From: Acidimicrobiales bacterium
Lineage (GTDB): Bacteria > Actinomycetota > Acidimicrobiia > Acidimicrobiales > Ilumatobacteraceae
DNA length: 64,000 nt
Reading direction: 5' to 3'
Assembly: GCA_043756365.1 (NCBI GenBank)
Contig: JAYURF010000495.1
Location: forward strand, 4,445-68,444
In this document: piece by piece, positions 56,461 to 64,000 of the stretch
How positions within the stretch are numbered: position 1 is the first letter of the stretch
Layout of the letters: the number at the start of each line of letters is the position of its first letter
Made by a program: the position numbers and the translations under genes
Notes under the pieces: model-generated
Seen by the model: the letters and a program-made list of their open reading frames with translations, nothing else
What the model was told of the DNA's origin: nothing
Database searches by the model: none

Positions 56461-57435
56461 ATGATGAAGCGAGGACGGCATCTCGCCGGCAAGGTCGCCA
56501 TCGTCACCGGTGCGGGTCGGGGGATCGGGCGCGCCCTCGCCCGGGGCCTTGCGGCTCAGGGCGCGCACGTCGTCGTCAACAACCGTAGTGACGAGGCGGG
56601 TCGCACCGTCGTCGCAGAGATCACGAGCGACGGCGGGTCGGCCGTGTTCCACCAGGGTGATGTCGGGACGACGGCCGACGCCGAGGGGGTCGTCGAGCTC
56701 GCGCTGGACACGTGGGGGCGGCTCGACATCCTCGTGAACAACGCAGGGCAGACCATCGCCGGCACGATCGCAGACGCGACCGACGAAGACTTCGACGACA
56801 TCGTTCGCGTTCATCTGCGGGGGACCTTCAACACATCCCGCGCGGCGGCGCGGCACTGGGTTGAGCGTCGCGAGTACGGGCGCTTGATCAACATGGTGTC
56901 GCGCGGCGGCATCGACGGAGTCCCATCGCACGTCGCGTACGCCGCCGCGAAAGCGGGGATCATCGGGCTCACTCGCTCCGCTGCGAGCGCACTCGTCGCA
57001 TACGGGGTGACGTGCAACTGCGTCGCTCCGACGGCGGCGACGCGGATGCTCGACGGGATGGGCATCGCGAGGGAGCACTTCGAGCGCACTGGTCGGTGGC
57101 CGAGTGAGGTCGCCGAAGGCACGGAGATGGATCCAGCGCACGTCGCTCCGCTCGTGATCTACCTTGCATCGGAGGCAGCGGCGAACATCAGCGGACGCAT
57201 CTTCGGCGCCCGCGGTCTCACCTACACGCTGTACAACGAGCTCGAGGAGTCGGCCAGCATCACCGCGGAGAGAGCTTCCTGGGACGTGGAGCAACTTTTC
57301 GCCCAGTTCCCCACCGAGCTCGGGGCTGGACTCGTTCCGACCTTCAACTACTACTTGGACGACATCGACGGGCCCGTTCGGCTCCACCCGCGCGTCGCCG
57401 AGTCGTACCGGATGCTCAGCCCGCGGCACCGCTGA
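56461..57435 (+). CDS. SDR with ~70-aa C-terminal extension (MFE-2/hydroxyacyl-CoA-dehydrogenase-like)
   Basis: GKVAIVTGAGRGIGRALA...VVVNN, NNAG, YAAAKAGI. 324 aa with an extended tail after the SDR core. Confidence 0.75.
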   Translation: MMKRGRHLAGKVAIVTGAGRGIGRALARGLAAQGAHVVVNNRSDEAGRTVVAEITSDGGSAVFHQGDVGTTADAEGVVELALDTWGRLDILVNNAGQTIAGTIADATDEDFDDIVRVHLRGTFNTSRAAARHWVERREYGRLINMVSRGGIDGVPSHVAYAAAKAGIIGLTRSAASALVAYGVTCNCVAPTAATRMLDGMGIAREHFERTGRWPSEVAEGTEMDPAHVAPLVIYLASEAAANISGRIFGARGLTYTLYNELEESASITAERASWDVEQLFAQFPTELGAGLVPTFNYYLDDIDGPVRLHPRVAESYRMLSPRHR

Positions 57436-57602
57436 CCGCGACGCCGCGCCGGCCGATGTGCGTTTCCGGGTATATCGACAACCAAGGTTCGACCTTGTCG
57501 CTTGACCTGCCACGCCGGGATGGCGTATCGTCAGCGACGAACCATGTTGGCCAGGATTCGCGTTGTGCGAAGTCTCGTCACGAAATGCCAAGGGGAGGCA
57601 CA

Positions 57603-58013
57603 GTGAGGTCAGCGAAGCAGGTCCACGACGAGATGATGCGCGCGTTCGGCGTAGGCGACATGGCGACGTTGGTGTCGTTGTTCTCGCCGAGCTGCGTGGT
57701 GCGCGAGGCGCCGGGCCTGCCGTTCGGGGGCGACTACGTGGGGCACGAAGGGCTCAGCACGTTGTTCTCCACTCTGGGGGACGCATTTGACATCGTGCCG
57801 ACGCTGCTCGACGTGTACGAGGTGAGCGACTCCCTGGTGATCTCGAACACCAGCATGCGGATGACGTCGCGACAGACGGGCGAGAGCGTCGACATGCCGG
57901 TGCTCGAGATGTTCACGGTCCGCGACGGACTCATCGTCGAGGCGGTGCCGTTCTACTGGGACACCGAGAAGGTGGCCACCATGGCGGCGCAGGCCTCCTC
58001 CGGCGCGTCCTGA
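57603..58013 (+). CDS. NTF2-fold protein, REAPGLPFGG...PFYWD family
   Basis: VRSAKQVHDEMMRAFGVGDMATLVSLFSPSCVVREAPGLPFGGDYVGHEG...RDGLIVEAVPFYWD. GTG with a GGGGAGG SD. Confidence 0.75.
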   Translation: MRSAKQVHDEMMRAFGVGDMATLVSLFSPSCVVREAPGLPFGGDYVGHEGLSTLFSTLGDAFDIVPTLLDVYEVSDSLVISNTSMRMTSRQTGESVDMPVLEMFTVRDGLIVEAVPFYWDTEKVATMAAQASSGAS

Positions 58014-58025
58014 GGGGAATGGATC

Positions 58026-59045
58026 ATGGCGGCGCTGAACCTGTTCTTCGACCTGCGATCGCGTCCAGGCGGCGCCGCGACGGGAGACCTGGCGACGTCG
58101 GTCATCGAGATGTGCCGCTGGGCCGACGCGCTCCCCGACGTGGATACGTCGGTCGGATTCCCAGAGCACCACGGCGCGGGCGACGGGTATCTGCCGTCTC
58201 CGATCGTGATCGCCTCCGCCGTCGCAGGTGCGACGCGTGAGATGCGGATCACGATCATCCTCCTGTTCCCCTTCTACGAGCCGATTCGGCTCGCCGAGGA
58301 TCTCGCCGTGCTCGATCTGCTCGCGCAGGGTCGGGTGACCGTGGTGGCGGCGGCCGGATACGTGCCGTTCGAGTTCCAGATGTTCGGAGTCGATCCCGCG
58401 ACGCGGGGGAGTCGGCTCGAGCAGACGATCGAGTTCCTGAAGGTCGCGTGGCAGGGCGAGGAGTTCGACCACGACGGCCGCCGCATCCGCGTCACACCGC
58501 GGCCGTTCCGCGACGCGCGGCCCGTGCTGTTGATGGCCGGCTCGTCGAAGGCCGCCGCGCGGCGAGCGGTGCGCGTCGCCGACGGGTTCTGGCCGACGAC
58601 CAACCCGGACCTCATGACCTACTACCGGGCCGAGCTCGAGAAGGTCGGCATCGACCCGGGTCCACCGCCCGCGCCGCCGCGGCCGATGCAGACGTTGGTC
58701 GCCGTCGCAGAGGATCCCGATGCGGTGTGGGAGCAGGTCGCGGACTGCTGCGCATACGAGCTCCAGACGTACGCGAACTGGCAGGAGCAGGGATTCGGCG
58801 ACAAGATCGCGAGTGGGTTCGGCGAGCTCAACCCGTACCGGAGGATCGACGATCGCGACACGATGCGCACGAGCGGGCGCTATCTCGTGCTGACGCCGGA
58901 GGAGTGCGTCGAGTGGGCGTCCGGCGAGGGTAGCCAGGTCTCGATCAACCCGTTGACGGGCGGCATCGATCCGGAGGTCGCATGGCGCAGCCTGCACCTC
59001 ATCGCATCCGACGTGTTGCCGAAGCTCGATCGGCGCGCCGAGTGA
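58026..59045 (+). CDS. LLM-family flavin/F420-dependent oxidoreductase
   Basis: 339 aa; ...GFPEHHGAGDGYLPSP..., ILLFPFYEPIRLAEDLAVLDLLAQGRVTVVAAAGY. Confidence 0.75.
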   Translation: MAALNLFFDLRSRPGGAATGDLATSVIEMCRWADALPDVDTSVGFPEHHGAGDGYLPSPIVIASAVAGATREMRITIILLFPFYEPIRLAEDLAVLDLLAQGRVTVVAAAGYVPFEFQMFGVDPATRGSRLEQTIEFLKVAWQGEEFDHDGRRIRVTPRPFRDARPVLLMAGSSKAAARRAVRVADGFWPTTNPDLMTYYRAELEKVGIDPGPPPAPPRPMQTLVAVAEDPDAVWEQVADCCAYELQTYANWQEQGFGDKIASGFGELNPYRRIDDRDTMRTSGRYLVLTPEECVEWASGEGSQVSINPLTGGIDPEVAWRSLHLIASDVLPKLDRRAE

Positions 59046-59058
59046 CCAGCTGCAGCGG

Positions 59059-59565
59059 ATGAGCAAGTTCAACTACGACGACATGCGCGGCTACGTGCTG
59101 GACGAGGATGCCGAGCGCGTGTTGGTCGAGATGCAGACCGAGTGCACGTTCATCTGGAGCAACCGGGAGGGCTGGCCCGTCGGCGTGATCATGTCGTACG
59201 TCTGGCGGGACGGAGCATTCTGGCTCAGCGCCTCTTCGCTGCGGAAGCGGGTGCACGCGGTGACGCGCGATCCGCGCGTCTCGATCTGCGTGTCGAGCAT
59301 CGGCACCGACGCAGGCCCGATGCGGACCGTGACCTACAAGGGCACGTGCGACGTGCTGGACGATGCGGACACGAAGCGCTGGTTCCTGCCGGCGCTCGCG
59401 GAGCGTTACTGGCCCGACGATCGCGAGACCGTGGAGCGCGTCGTGCGCCTGAACGACACGCCGAATCGGCGGGTCCTCAAGGTGACGCCGACGCAGCGGA
59501 TCGCCTTCGACGGGGCGAAGATGGCCGAGGCCACGATGGCCGCGATGGCCCGCGGCGAACTGTGA
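59059..59565 (+). CDS. Pyridoxamine-5'-phosphate-oxidase-like (PPOX-class, FMN/F420-binding split barrel) protein
   Basis: 168 aa; ECTFIWSNREGWPVGVIMSYVWRDGAFWLSASSLRKRVHAVTRDPRVSICV...VLKVTPTQRIAFDG, the pattern of PPOX-class probable F420-dependent enzymes. Confidence 0.55.
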   Translation: MSKFNYDDMRGYVLDEDAERVLVEMQTECTFIWSNREGWPVGVIMSYVWRDGAFWLSASSLRKRVHAVTRDPRVSICVSSIGTDAGPMRTVTYKGTCDVLDDADTKRWFLPALAERYWPDDRETVERVVRLNDTPNRRVLKVTPTQRIAFDGAKMAEATMAAMARGEL

Positions 59566-59591
59566 GCACGACACACGAGTAGATCGGGAAA

Positions 59592-60434
59592 ATGTCTATG
59601 GCCGGGTTGTTCAGCGGGAAGGTTGTCGCCGTCACGGGAGCGGGGCGTGGGCAGGGTCGCAGCCACGCGCTGCGGTTCGCGGAGGAAGGTGCCGATGTGA
59701 TCGCGATCGACATCTGCGAGGACATTGCGGACGTGGCGTACCCGATGGCGACCAAGGACGACCTGCACGAGACGGTGGAGGCAGCTCGCGCCCATGGCAC
59801 GCGTGTGCTTCCGTACGTCGCCGATGTGCGCGACTCCGGCGCAATCCGAGCTGCGCTCCATGACGCTGCAGGAGCGCTTGGTGGCGTCGACGTGGTGTGC
59901 GTCAATGCGGGCGTCGCCCCCCCGTTCGTCGCGGTCGAAGACATCACAGACGAGGCGTGGAAGGCCGTGATGGATGTCAATCTCACCGGCGCGTTCTACA
60001 CGGCTCGCGCGGCGATTCCGCACATTCGACGGCGCGGCGGAGGGTCGATTCTCTTCACCGCGTCTGTCGCGGGTGCTCACGGGATGGCGAACCTCGGAGG
60101 CTATGTGGCGTCCAAGCACGGACTTCTCGGCCTCGTCAAGACGATGGCGATGGAGCTCGGGCCGGACAACATCCGGGTCAACGCCGTGCTCCCGACGTCG
60201 GTCGCAACGCCGATGACGTTGAACGAGTCCACCTATCGGCTCATGCGACCGGACCTCGAGAACCCACAGCTCGAGGATGTCGTCGACGTGCTGCACACGA
60301 TCCAGGTGCTGCCGATCCCGTATGTCGAGTCGATCGACATCTCGAACGCTCTCGTCTTCCTTGCGTCCGACGCTGCGCGATACGTCACGGGGGTCGCATT
60401 TCCCGTCGACGGCGGAGCGCTCCACAAGAAGTAG
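59592..60434 (+). CDS. SDR of the carveol-dehydrogenase / mycofactocin-coupled type
   Basis: GKVVAVTGAGRGQGRSHALRFAEEGADVIAIDIC...VAYPM...VADVRD, YVASKHG, ...LPIPYVESIDISNALVFLASDAARYVTGVAFPVDGG. Confidence 0.75.
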   Translation: MSMAGLFSGKVVAVTGAGRGQGRSHALRFAEEGADVIAIDICEDIADVAYPMATKDDLHETVEAARAHGTRVLPYVADVRDSGAIRAALHDAAGALGGVDVVCVNAGVAPPFVAVEDITDEAWKAVMDVNLTGAFYTARAAIPHIRRRGGGSILFTASVAGAHGMANLGGYVASKHGLLGLVKTMAMELGPDNIRVNAVLPTSVATPMTLNESTYRLMRPDLENPQLEDVVDVLHTIQVLPIPYVESIDISNALVFLASDAARYVTGVAFPVDGGALHKK

Positions 60435-60439
60435 TCGTC

Positions 60440-60607
60440 ATGACAGATCGATCGTCAGCGGCAATGAGGCGACGGGTCGCAATCGTCAGCCACACGGGCT
60501 CGTACGTCGGCCCCAACCTCGCACGGTTTCTCGCCCAACATCACGACCTTGCGGTCGGCGCGACATCAGCGCGACGGATTGGGCTAGCGTCGCGGTCGGT
60601 TTCGTGA
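60440..60607 (+). pseudogene. Short ORF resembling only the N-terminal Rossmann strand-loop of an SDR-like protein (probable gene remnant)
   Basis: MTDRSSAAMRRRVAIVSHTGSYVGPNLARFLAQHHDLAVG then stops after 55 aa. Confidence 0.3.
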
Positions 60608-60655
60608 TTCACTGATCCCACACCCCCGATAGACCAATTTGCAAGGGAGAACCCC

Positions 60656-61168
60656 GTGGCTGTCCTCGAATTCACCGACCCGAACCTCAAGATGCAGGCC
60701 GCACAGGGAGCGTTCCTGCACAGCGTCGTGCACGATGGCGAACTTCGGCCACGACTCCAAGAGCTCATCCGATTGCGGATCGCGTTCCACAACCAGTGCC
60801 GCACGTGCATGGCCGTTCGCTACGAGGACGCGATCGCCGACGGAGTCACCGAGGACCTCGTGTGCTCTTTGGAGCGTCCGCACGAAGCCGACGACCTCAC
60901 CGACGCCGATCGCGTCGCACTGCGGTTCGCTGATCTGTTCGCCACGAACCACTTGGGGATCGACGCAGCGTTGGTCGCAGAGCTACGGCGACACTTCTCC
61001 GAGCGTGAGATCTACGAGATCGCGATGAGTTGCGCATGCTTCGTTGCCGGGGGCCGGCTGTCGGCGATCTCGCTGGGTGTCGATGAGCTTCCCGAGTACT
61101 ACCAGACCGACACCGACGAGCGGCTCGCCCCCTGGGGCACGCGGGAGACACTGGTCATCGCGCCGTAG
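60656..61168 (+). CDS. Carboxymuconolactone decarboxylase (AhpD-like) family protein
   Basis: 170 aa; LIRLRIAFHNQCRTCM CxxC block. GTG start with an AAGGGAG SD. Confidence 0.6.
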   Translation: MAVLEFTDPNLKMQAAQGAFLHSVVHDGELRPRLQELIRLRIAFHNQCRTCMAVRYEDAIADGVTEDLVCSLERPHEADDLTDADRVALRFADLFATNHLGIDAALVAELRRHFSEREIYEIAMSCACFVAGGRLSAISLGVDELPEYYQTDTDERLAPWGTRETLVIAP

Positions 61169-61254
61169 GGTCCGTGATGGCAGCAGCCGTGCTCGCCGGG
61201 GTCGGCTGCGGGTAGACGTAGCGACGCCTTTCTGAGAGAACGAGGTCGCCTGCG

Positions 61255-61686
61255 TCAGCGGACGAGGCGGTAGAAGTTTCGGACCTCGTCGACGAACTGC
61301 GCGGGCTGTTCGAATGCGCCGAAGTGGCCGCCTCGGGCGACTTCGTTCCACGAGCGGATGTCGAGGTACTCGCGTTCCACCCATCGCCGCGAGAGTCGGG
61401 TGATGTCGGCAGGGTGAACGGACATCCCCACGGGCACCTCGACCCGATCGGCCGACTTCTCGACTGCCGCGCGGTAGCCCTCCCAATACATGCGCCGAGA
61501 CGATGCGCCCGCACCTAGGAGTCACGACATGATGGTTGCCCACGCGTCGCGACGCGCTCGGGGCCCCAGCGGCATGGGATGCGGCTCGGGTGACCTCGCG
61601 TGGATCACGTGGAACTCGACGCCGTCGACAACGGTCAAGATCTGGGGAAAGGTGTTGATCTGGGCTTCGACGCGGCGCCAGTTGTG
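61255..61686 (-). pseudogene. Epoxide hydrolase wreck: three collinear pieces with two large internal deletions and a TGA
   Basis: NWRRVEAQINTFPQILTVVDGVEFHVIHARSPEPHPMPL | GPRARRDAWATIMS* | LLGAGASSRRMYWEGYRAAVEK...GGHFGAFEQPAQFVDEVRNFYRLVR. The last 78 aa match the EH at 10297-11442 in 71 positions by manual count. Confidence 0.75.
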
Positions 61687-61695
61687 CTCGCTGGC

Positions 61696-61920
61696 CGCAG
61701 CAGGCAGGGCCGCGAGCACCGCCTCGGTGTGTTCGCCGGCGCGAGGCGCTGGTCGTCCGATCACGGGCGGCGTGGCGGAGAACTCGGCGAGAGGCCCGAT
61801 CGTCCGGATGCGCCCGTGCACAGGGTCGTCGATGACGGCGATGTCGCCGTTCGCGACGGCATCGGGATGATGCAGTGCCTCTGCCGTGATGGCGAAGATC
61901 TCCGCCGCCACGTTTCCGTT
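61696..61920 (-). pseudogene. Family III CoA-transferase (CaiB/BaiF-like) C-terminal fragment fused in frame to the EH wreck
   Basis: AEALHHPDAVANGDIAVIDDPVHGRIRTIGPLAEFSATPPVIGRPAPRAGEHTEAVL matches the CoA-transferase III C-terminal pattern (...pP.lGeHT..vL). No N-terminal domain. Confidence 0.5.
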
Positions 61921-61944
61921 CGCCCGGGTTCCGAGGAGGCAACG

Positions 61945-62341
61945 ATGAAGACGGCCAAGCAAGTTCATGAGGAGATCGCAGCGGCGTTCGAAGCGGGAGA
62001 CTTCGCGACGATGCTCGCGCTGTTCTCGCCGGACTCCGTCGTGCGCGAGGCGCCGGGCCTCCCGTTCGGCGGCGAGTACGTGGGCCACGACGGGCTGCAG
62101 AAGCTGTTCGCCACGGTGGGAGAGATCTTCGAGCTCTCGCCGACGTTGCTGGACGTCTACGAGAGATCAGCGACTCGATCGTCATCGCGCACACTGACAT
62201 GCGAATCACGTCACGTGCGACCGGTGACAGCGTCGACATGCCTGTGCTCGAGATCTTCACCGTCCGCGACGGCGTCGCGTCGAAGCGGCGCCGTTCTACT
62301 GGGACACGCACCGTCTGGCGCTCATGGCGGCGAAGGGATGA
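61945..62341 (+). pseudogene. NTF2-fold REAPGLPFGG...PFYWD family member, at least two frame breaks
   Basis: MKTAKQVHEEIAAAFEAGDFATMLALFSPDSVVREAPGLPFGGEYVGHDG...LLDVYE | ISDSIVIAHTDMRITSRATGDSVDMPVLEIFTVRDG | RVEAAPFYWDTHRLALMAAKG. The first break is a 2-nt gaga expansion. Confidence 0.7.
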
Positions 62342-62841
62342 GCACGTTCAACTACGACGACATGCGCGGCTACTCCTGGACGAGACTGCGGAACGCACGC
62401 TCGTCGAGGCGCAGACGGAGTGCACGTTCATCTGGAGCAATCGCGAAGGTTGGCCCGTGGGCGTGATCATGTCCTACGTATGGCGCGGCGGAGCGTTCTG
62501 GTTGAGCGCGTCATCGCTGCAAGCGGGCGCATGCAGTCATGCGCGACCCGCGCGTGTCCGTCTGCGTCTCGAGCATCGGCACCGATGCGGGTGCGATGCG
62601 GACGGTGACGTACAAGGGCATGTGCGCCGTGCTCGATGACGCGGAACCAAGAGGTGGTTCCTCCCCGCTCTCGCTGAGCGCTGGTTGCCGGACGACCCGG
62701 AGAGCCAGCAGCGGGTCGTGCGGCTGACGACACGGCGAACCGCCGCTCGCGCTGAAGGTGACGCCGACGGAGCGCATCGCGCTGGACGGCGCGAAGATGG
62801 TCGAGGCCGCCATGGCGGCGATCGCTCGCGGCGACGCCTGA
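62338..62841 (+). pseudogene. PPOX-class split-barrel protein, multiple indels (decayed copy of 59059-59565)
   Basis: MSTFNYDDMRGY..., ECTFIWSNREGWPVGVIMSYVWRGGAFWLSASSL, RDPRVSVCVSSIGTDAGAMRTVTYKG and VTPTERIALDGAKMVEAAMAAIARGDA lie in different frames. 1- and 2-nt deletions relative to the intact copy. Confidence 0.7.
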
Positions 62842-62913
62842 CTCCAGTACGGGCACCTGCCCGATTCGCGCCTGGACGCCCCTGCATCGAGTGCCTTGTT
62901 CCACGCGTGGTGT

Positions 62914-63135
62914 TCAGGCGTTACCGCCACCGTCCGCGTTCCGCTCGCGGACGGTGATTGCTCCCTCCTGACAGTTGATCGCTCCTAGCCGGGCCTGCTC
63001 CGCCAGATCGTCTCCCACCTCGAACGTCTTGCCGATCATGGCATTGAAACCCACTTCATCGTCCTCATACACTTCCGGAGCAAGAGCGTAACAGCGGCCG
63101 TGACCACTGCATTTATCGGAGATGCTTACCTGCAT
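62914..63135 (-). CDS. Small single-cluster (3Fe-4S-type) ferredoxin
   Basis: MQVSISDKCSGHGRCYALAPEVYEDDEVGF...INCQEGAI (CxxHxxC...C pattern of P450-associated actinobacterial ferredoxins). AAGGAG SD before ATG 63135. Confidence 0.7.
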   Translation of the reverse strand: MQVSISDKCSGHGRCYALAPEVYEDDEVGFNAMIGKTFEVGDDLAEQARLGAINCQEGAITVRERNADGGGNA

Positions 63136-63354
63136 CGATGACTCCTTTTCGAGATTAACGCGATTCAACAGTCGCTGCTATTCCGTACTCGATCCGCGAT
63201 CGACGACGCGCCAGAGAGACGGCGTCACTGAACGATCAGTCGCACGCCATGGATCTCTCTGGTTATGCCGGTTGTGAAGTGAACCTGCGAGTCGGGATCC
63301 TGCGTGAATTTCGGGGCCGCCCGTTGGCGACGAGAGAGGACCGCAGATGCGTGC

Positions 63355-63684
63355 GACGTCGCTTCGACGGCAAGGATTCTCGGGTTGATGCGGACGATGG
63401 CACTGGAGTACGGGTCGGAGCTCATTCGCGTCAATGCCGTGCTCCCGACGTCCGTGGACACGATGATGATTCGCAACGACGCGTGCCAACACGTCATGCG
63501 GCCGGATCTCGACACTCCTCGCTTCGAGGACACGTTGGAAGCGTTCCAGCAGATCAACGTGCTCCCGGTCGCGATCCTCGACGCGCGGGACATCAGCGAC
63601 GCGGTGCTGTTTCTCGCCAGCGACGAGGCGAAGTGGCTCACAGGAGTTGCGCTGCTGGTCGACGCCGGAGCACTGGTGAAGTGA
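63355..63684 (+). pseudogene. C-terminal fragment of a carveol-dehydrogenase-type SDR (closest to 28809-29648)
   Basis: LGLMRTMALEYGSELIRVNAVLPTSVDTMMIRND...PRFEDTLEAFQQINVLPVAILDARDISDAVLFLASDEAKWLTGVALLVDAGALVK. The Rossmann half is absent; the 5' boundary is uncertain. Confidence 0.7.
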
Positions 63685-63760
63685 CGCCGGTCGACGCGCG
63701 ACAGGCAAGCGCGAACTCGGTGGTGAGGTTGTTCGTTCTGATCCGGACCAGAAGGACCGT

Positions 63761-64000
63761 ATGAAGATCCAGCCCTTTGAGATCAATGTTTCCGATGCCG
63801 TGTTGGCGGACCTGGATGCACGGCTCGCTCAGACACGGTGGCCGCGCGACATGCAGAACGACGACTGGCGATACGGGACGCCTCGGCAGTATCTGGAGGA
63901 GTTGGTTCATTATTGGCGCAAGCAGTACGACTGGCGGGCCCAAGAGACGAGGATGAACTCGTACAAGCACTTCGTTGCCGACGTCGACGGCATCCCCATC
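63761..64000 (+). CDS. Epoxide hydrolase, N-terminal (EHN) part; runs off the window
   Basis: MKIQPFEINVSDAVLADLDARLAQTRWPRD...YLEELVHYWRKQYDWRAQETRMNSYKHFVADVDGIPI parallels the N-termini of the EHs at 10297 and 48762. Confidence 0.7.
   Translation, partial: MKIQPFEINVSDAVLADLDARLAQTRWPRDMQNDDWRYGTPRQYLEELVHYWRKQYDWRAQETRMNSYKHFVADVDGIPI

Noticed and set aside
1-64000. Defence island, prophage structural genes, secretion system, biosynthetic gene cluster (PKS/NRPS/RiPP), CRISPR-Cas, rRNA
   Set aside because: Scanning all ORF translations showed no nuclease/ATPase defence modules, capsid/tail/portal genes, condensation/KS domains, precursor-peptide-like ORFs with maturases, repeat-spacer arrays or rRNA-like sequence. 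Apart from the left-end mobile remnants the content is catabolic.

Overview
High-GC (by eye about two-thirds G+C), actinobacterium-like DNA that is almost fully coding. Positions 1-8.7 kb are the wreck of one or two integrative/mobilizable elements. In order they hold a mosaic of gene fragments, a VapB antitoxin beside a gutted VapC, a tRNA-Glu-like 3' fragment and a frameshifted tyrosine integrase. These are followed by an intact VapBC pair, an Xis-like HTH, a MobF-type relaxase/helicase broken by a frameshift and a TAA, and a tRNA-Arg(CCU) 3' fragment. From ~10.3 kb to the end lies a ~54 kb paralog-dense catabolic island. It carries 7 luciferase-like (LLM) oxidoreductases, 10 intact SDRs, about 10 small NTF2/SnoaL-fold proteins, 4 epoxide-hydrolase loci and 2 amidohydrolase_2 enzymes. 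It also carries hydantoinase/oxoprolinase A+B, an acyl-CoA synthetase, acyl-CoA dehydrogenases and hydratases, a P450, a lone ferredoxin and a PEP-mutase/isocitrate-lyase-family enzyme. Transport and regulation are represented by a Liv-type ABC importer with permease-permease-ATPase fused in one 1017-aa ORF, an extra ribF-like gene and two tandem-duplicated Lrp/AsnC regulators. A module of NTF2-like protein + LLM + carveol-dehydrogenase-type SDR recurs three times; the last copy is part of a 3.3 kb pseudogene graveyard (60.4-63.7 kb). No rRNA, CRISPR or intact tRNA was seen. Major caveat: at least nine frame breaks in otherwise intact genes sit in short mononucleotide runs, so many apparent pseudogenes may be consensus errors. 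All product calls come from motif/fold recognition by eye, not database searches.
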